A stretch of DNA of 51,578 bases from a virus (lineage: Duplodnaviria; Caudoviricetes): positions 1 to 51,578 of IMG/VR virus record IMGVR_UViG_3300031519_000029. One strand, written 5' to 3'. Under the pieces are notes generated by a model. That model searched no databases, was not told where the DNA came from, and saw only the letters and a list, made by a program, of their open reading frames with translations. This document shows positions 47,339 through 51,578 of this stretch, one piece after another. The position numbers were made by a program, and so were the translations under genes. Position 1 is the stretch's first letter. The number at the start of each line of letters is the position of its first letter.

Positions 47339-47493
47339 GTTTAATAATTGATCTTATATCATCCCTACAAAAGAAGACTGACGAAATAGAATGGGAAAAC
47401 CCAGGGGATCCTCGTCTTGAGGATCTTCTTCGTCAGTTAGACCACTACAAACAAGAAGATAAAAAAGGAGAATTGTATGAACCAAATTTCTGA
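47314..47493 (+). CDS. 59-aa hypothetical protein (not in ORF track)
   Basis: Hand translation MPKRTKNLSLIIDLISSLQKKTDEIEWENPGDPRLEDLLRQLDHYKQEDKKGELYEPNF fills the gap; start uncertain. Confidence 0.55.
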   Translation: MPKRTKNLSLIIDLISSLQKKTDEIEWENPGDPRLEDLLRQLDHYKQEDKKGELYEPNF

Positions 47494-47944
47494 TAATGTT
47501 ATAAGACCTCCAGAGTTGACCGGCACCAGGAAAGAACAAATAATTGTTGAATACTTGACGAATAGTGGCAGCGCGTTTGCTGTCAACGCACAAGGAGAAC
47601 AGGTATTTTTAAACGCTCGAATGGTTGCCACGATGAATGTCAAAGCTGGGCAAACTTTTGAGGCTTTTCTGTTGGTCAACTACCCAGACAAACGCGACCA
47701 GATCCCTTGGAGAGCGATGCGTGTTGAGCCTGTCAATGTCCCGTTAGATTTGAATCACGTCAGCGAGGACGCAGAGTTAAACGCCATCATAAAAATCATG
47801 GAAGAGTATGATGGTTATTGGACACCCGCGGAGCTAGCAGACGAATTAGATATTTCGTATTCTAAGTGTGCGGATATATGTAGAAGACACAGAGCCATAT
47901 TCTTTGAAGTCGAAAGCTTTTGTTTGCATCTACACCACAAGTAG
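47477..47944 (+). CDS. Hypothetical protein (OB-like N-terminus, HTH-like C-terminus)
   Basis: aggag SD; GSAFAV...GEQVF...NYPDK...PWRA; WTPAELADELDI. Confidence 0.65.
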   Translation: MNQISDNVIRPPELTGTRKEQIIVEYLTNSGSAFAVNAQGEQVFLNARMVATMNVKAGQTFEAFLLVNYPDKRDQIPWRAMRVEPVNVPLDLNHVSEDAELNAIIKIMEEYDGYWTPAELADELDISYSKCADICRRHRAIFFEVESFCLHLHHK

Positions 47945-47976
47945 AGTACGTATGTTCTACAACCAAGGAGCAAGTG

Positions 47977-48153
47977 ATGCCTATAAAGAAAAAAGACGAG
48001 CGCAAATTCTGTAATGTTGCGTTGTTGCCTGAAGATCATGAAAGATTACGGGCGTTGGCTGAAGACGAGCAGCGAACCATGACACGTCAATTGTCTGTGA
48101 TCATAAGAAAAGAGTTTGCAAAAGCTAAAGATAGTGATAAAGTCTTGGCATAG
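47977..48153 (+). CDS. Ribbon-helix-helix regulator
   Basis: NVALLPEDHERLRALAEDEQRTMTRQLSVII. Confidence 0.7.
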   Translation: MPIKKKDERKFCNVALLPEDHERLRALAEDEQRTMTRQLSVIIRKEFAKAKDSDKVLA

Positions 48154-48179
48154 GGTTTCTTCCACCTATGCCTTCACCT

Positions 48180-48227
48180 GGTGAGTCCTCTCTGTTTGAA
48201 CAACTCTTGAGGACTCACTATTTTTTT
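48180..48227. terminator. Hairpin between convergent transcription units
   Basis: gtgagtcctc...gaggactcac followed by tattttttt; large loop. Confidence 0.55.
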
Positions 48228-48463
48228 GCCTCATTACTTTTTCCTATCTTACCCTGCAGAGTTTGATAATCTTCTTTGGAGTAGCCTCGGATCTGCGTGA
48301 TATTTTTTACGCTGTTCATGCTTTTGAGAAAGGCAGTAGCTACCTCCCGACTTAGCCCAGCAGTTTCGGATAGATCTCGACACGCTGTATCAAGACCTAT
48401 CCATTTCTTTTTATAATCGCATACTGACTCTATCAGTCTTTCGTGGGCTTTATCGACAGCCAT
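48218..48463 (-). CDS. Hypothetical protein
   Basis: 81 aa overlapping the helicase end. Confidence 0.6.
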   Translation of the reverse strand: MAVDKAHERLIESVCDYKKKWIGLDTACRDLSETAGLSREVATAFLKSMNSVKNITQIRGYSKEDYQTLQGKIGKSNEAKK

Positions 48464-49905
48464 TGCCTTGCCTCTTCTCTCAATACTTTGGCGCCTATGT
48501 TAATCTTATTACGCAAAGCCTCAACAATCTTCTCGTCTATGGTGCCTTCCGATATGAGATCGACATACGTCACTTTGTTTACCTGACCAATCCTATGCGC
48601 TCGGTCCTCGGATTGGATTCTAGTCTCAAGGTTAAAGTCATTTGCATAATATACCACTAAGTTTGCTTCAGTTAAAGTCAGGCCATATCCTGCAGTAGAT
48701 GGGTTACCAACAAAGAACCTGAGTCTTGAGTTTTTATCTTGGAATTTTTCAACGATGCGTTGCCGGTCATCATCCTTTGTGTCTCCATAGTATGAAGCGA
48801 CAGACCCTTTTCCAAAAGTTTTTTCCAAGGTGTTTGTAATTGATATGATGTCATGCCTGAAACGTGACCATATGATTGCCTTCCCTTGGTGCTCTTCCAA
48901 TACTTCTAGCAAGGCGTCCATTCTTTTTGACTCAAAGTATACCATGTCTCCATCATCGGTCTTGAGGTGTCCCGACAGAACCTGTTGCACCCTTAGCATC
49001 TGTGTTATTACAGCCGGCGCGGATACCATGTCTCCATTATCAAACATTATCAAAGCTTGTTTCTGAATCTTACTGTACATGTCCTTCTGTTCGTCAGTCA
49101 GTGACACGTATCTTATAGTGTAGATTTTATCCGGCAGATCTAAGCAGTCTTTTTTCAGGACGCGATAGCTGCATTTGTCGATGTTCTTTCCAAGAGTATC
49201 CAAGTTTTTATATCCCACAACCTGTTGGAAGGTTCTCCCTCCTGCTCGTTGTGGACGAGTGACCGCGTACATACCTTGAAAAGCATAGTAACTTATGTGC
49301 CCAAGGATCCCCCACTTTAGGAAGTGGCACTGTGCATATATGTCGAGTGGACTTTTTGTTATTGGCGAACCGGTCAAGATTCTTCTATACTTAAACTCAG
49401 TTGCAATATCGCATAAGTTTTTAGAGCGTTTGGCTTTATGGTTTTTGATGGTGGTACTTTCATCGATGGCTATCATACCGTAATTACCAAACGCACGAGA
49501 CATCCACTCTCCTGCCTGCTTTCCTTTCAGTGAAGAAAATGCTTCGACATTCATAACAAAAATAGTTAGCCCGGCGAATGGTTCTTTGACCAATGCCATT
49601 TCTTTTTTCTGTGCTTTGTTGGCCGACGATACCCAGCGGAACACGCGATGTGGTATTGCATCCGACATGTGTTCTGGGATCTCTTTATCCACCCAGTTTC
49701 GATACACGCCTTTAGGTGCGATGACCAAGGCGAAGTTTATTTTCCCCGCCAGGAACAACATACCCATGTTATCTATAAGTACTTTCGATTTCCCCGTACC
49801 CATTTCCATGAACAGGCCAAACTCCTTTCGACTCCAACCAGCCTCTAGTGCTGATAGTTGATGGTCGAATGGTTTATATTTAAATTTGTAGTTGACAGTC
49901 ATCAC
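48433..49905 (-). CDS. SNF2-family (SF2) helicase
   Basis: MEMGTGKS, IDES, LTGSP, GYGLTL, QSEDRAHRIGQ. Confidence 0.92.
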   Translation of the reverse strand: MMTVNYKFKYKPFDHQLSALEAGWSRKEFGLFMEMGTGKSKVLIDNMGMLFLAGKINFALVIAPKGVYRNWVDKEIPEHMSDAIPHRVFRWVSSANKAQKKEMALVKEPFAGLTIFVMNVEAFSSLKGKQAGEWMSRAFGNYGMIAIDESTTIKNHKAKRSKNLCDIATEFKYRRILTGSPITKSPLDIYAQCHFLKWGILGHISYYAFQGMYAVTRPQRAGGRTFQQVVGYKNLDTLGKNIDKCSYRVLKKDCLDLPDKIYTIRYVSLTDEQKDMYSKIQKQALIMFDNGDMVSAPAVITQMLRVQQVLSGHLKTDDGDMVYFESKRMDALLEVLEEHQGKAIIWSRFRHDIISITNTLEKTFGKGSVASYYGDTKDDDRQRIVEKFQDKNSRLRFFVGNPSTAGYGLTLTEANLVVYYANDFNLETRIQSEDRAHRIGQVNKVTYVDLISEGTIDEKIVEALRNKINIGAKVLREEARQWLSIKPTKD

Positions 49906-49952
49906 ATACCTCCGATAGAGTCCACAGTACGGATGATAAACTCTCTTGTCAA
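49892..49952. promoter_or_regulatory. Overlapping opposed sigma70-like promoters
   Basis: Plus strand TTGACA(49892)-N18-TAGAGT; minus strand TTGACA(49952)-N17-TACTGT. Confidence 0.55.
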
Positions 49953-49977
49953 CCGAACCCTGAAGAGGAAATACTAG

Positions 49978-50538
49978 ATGAGCGACATATTTGAAGACAT
50001 GTTTGAGGAGGACGATGTACTCTCAATCATTGATACAGACACGAGTAAACAGTTAAGTTCTTTGGTACGCAAGCTTCGTAGTATTGAAGAGACAATTGAA
50101 ATAACGGAGCAGAACCTCAAGGAATCCAAGGCAGAAAGAATGAAACTTTCTACTGACATGATACCATCCTTGATGGACGAGATGGGTATGGATCGCATTG
50201 ATGTTGATGGCCTGACCGTCTCCAGAAAAATGATTGTCCATGCATCTATTCCGGTTGCTAGGAAAGAAGAAGCCTTTGCTTGGCTAAGAGACAATGGCAT
50301 GGATGACATCATAAAGAACGATGTCACTTGTACCTTTGGCAAGGGAGAAGACAATGTCGCGGGTGATGTTGTTGGACTTCTTAGGGATCGTGGGTTTGAT
50401 CCCAAGACCAAGACGCATGTTCACCCGTCAACATTAAAAGCTTTTGTAAAAGAGCAGGTGACTCAAGGCACTCCGATAGATCTAGATATGTTCGGTGCCT
50501 TTGTAACTAACGCAGCAGAAATTCGGAGGAAAGTATAA
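49978..50538 (+). CDS. Conserved replication-module protein
   Basis: Coiled N-terminus, AFAWLRDNG..DIIKN, VHPSTLKAFVKE. Confidence 0.7.
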   Translation: MSDIFEDMFEEDDVLSIIDTDTSKQLSSLVRKLRSIEETIEITEQNLKESKAERMKLSTDMIPSLMDEMGMDRIDVDGLTVSRKMIVHASIPVARKEEAFAWLRDNGMDDIIKNDVTCTFGKGEDNVAGDVVGLLRDRGFDPKTKTHVHPSTLKAFVKEQVTQGTPIDLDMFGAFVTNAAEIRRKV

Positions 50539-51359
50539 TGGCTAATGCAGTAGCGACAGCTAAACAAACCGCGGTGTCGGGTGAAGTTTTTGATGAGATG
50601 TTTGAAGATGGTCCCGAAGGCGCCATCTTTGATGCCTCTGAATTACAGATCCCATTCCTGAGAATTGCCCAGCAAATGTCTCCGGAGATTAACAAGAAAG
50701 ATGCCAAGTATATTGAGGGTCTTTCTGCCGGGGATATTTTTAACACATTGACAGGGCAAGTATATCCTGGTGATGACGGCCTTTTAGTTATCCCTTGCTA
50801 CATTAAGACATCGTACAAGGAGTGGGTTCCACGGGACATGGGTGGTGGATTTGTTCAGGAATTTTCCAGTGACGCTCATGAGTTAAGACAGGTTGTTCGT
50901 GAAGAGGTTGGCGGTAAGCTTGTTGATCGTCTACCTAGTGGTAACGAACTTGTAACCTCTGATGATCATTACTGTTTGGTGATTGCAGAAGACGGCACCA
51001 GTGAGCCTGTTCTGCTTGACATGAAGAGCACTCAGCGGAAGGTGGCTAAACGTTGGCGCACCATGATTTCCATGAACCGGATGAAGAATCCTAAGACAGG
51101 CAAGCAACATATCTTGCCGTGTTACAGTACTCTTTGGCGTTTAAAAACTGTTGATGAAAACAATAAGCGCAACGAGACGTACTCAAACTACGCCATAAGT
51201 AAGGACAGCGTACTTAGCGGTGATCAACGGGACATGTACGAAGAAGCCAAGATGTTTCGTCAAAGTGTAGATGCCGGTGAGGTTCGGGCCAGTGAAGGTA
51301 ACTCTGCTCCCCCTCCCCCTCCGCAAAAAGATAATCGGGACAACGACATCCCGTTTTAA
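50538..51359 (+). CDS. Putative single-stranded DNA-binding/annealing protein
   Basis: IPFLRIAQQMSPE, EWVPR..GGG, acidic DNDIPF tail like SSB C-termini. Confidence 0.65.
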   Translation: MANAVATAKQTAVSGEVFDEMFEDGPEGAIFDASELQIPFLRIAQQMSPEINKKDAKYIEGLSAGDIFNTLTGQVYPGDDGLLVIPCYIKTSYKEWVPRDMGGGFVQEFSSDAHELRQVVREEVGGKLVDRLPSGNELVTSDDHYCLVIAEDGTSEPVLLDMKSTQRKVAKRWRTMISMNRMKNPKTGKQHILPCYSTLWRLKTVDENNKRNETYSNYAISKDSVLSGDQRDMYEEAKMFRQSVDAGEVRASEGNSAPPPPPQKDNRDNDIPF

Positions 51360-51366
51360 TCTTTTC

Positions 51367-51405
51367 AACATTCACGCTAACGCCGTTAGCGTGAATGTTT
51401 TTTTT
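51367..51405 (+). terminator. Intrinsic terminator
   Basis: aacattcacgctaac-gcc-gttagcgtgaatgtt followed by a T run. Confidence 0.85.
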
Positions 51406-51416
51406 AGGAGCGATGC

Positions 51417-51578
51417 ATGTCACTAGCAGATAAAATGCTCGCGGCCTTTGAGGGGTCGAGAGTTGCACATGGTACTACAACTGTTGGCCGTGTTGGCCGC
51501 AATGGAAAGGCTGATGCAGAAAGTAAGATTGTCCGACAACCCTTGGACAAGTCCTTAATGCAGGGACACATTAACGGA
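51417..51578 (+). CDS. N-terminus of probable primase (AEP-like), truncated
   Basis: aggag SD; MSLADKMLAAFEGSRVAHG...MQGHING open to window end; follows the SSB-like gene. Confidence 0.5.
   Translation, partial: MSLADKMLAAFEGSRVAHGTTTVGRVGRNGKADAESKIVRQPLDKSLMQGHING

Noticed and set aside
1-51578. tRNA, rRNA, integrase, transposase
   Set aside because: None recognised by eye; intergenic space is small, but a tRNAscan/Infernal run would be needed to exclude RNA genes.

Overview
About 51.6 kb of a tailed dsDNA phage genome, probably podovirus-like. By recall only, the gene content resembles marine alphaproteobacterial uvMED/pelagiphage/roseophage-type phages. 1-38.9 kb is one tightly packed minus-strand late module. 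In transcription order it holds a CHAP/NlpC amidase, a giant acidic protein, TerL, portal, lysis genes, GroES-like protein, scaffold, decoration proteins, major capsid, adaptors, several tail fibres, a nozzle-like protein and ejection-type proteins. 38.9-42.8 kb is a repeat-rich control region with small plus-strand genes that each end in a GC-rich hairpin (three with a conserved loop), two G-rich tandem arrays, a resolvase-like nuclease, TerS and a GTTTAC iteron-like cluster. 42.8-51.6 kb holds early and replication genes: a C5 methyltransferase-like gene, a PAPS-reductase-like gene, SNF2 helicase, an SSB-like gene and the start of a primase-like gene. No tRNA, rRNA, CRISPR, integrase or reverse transcriptase was recognised. 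All product calls come from motif recognition, not database searches. The most unusual signal is the non-coding architecture of 39-42.8 kb.
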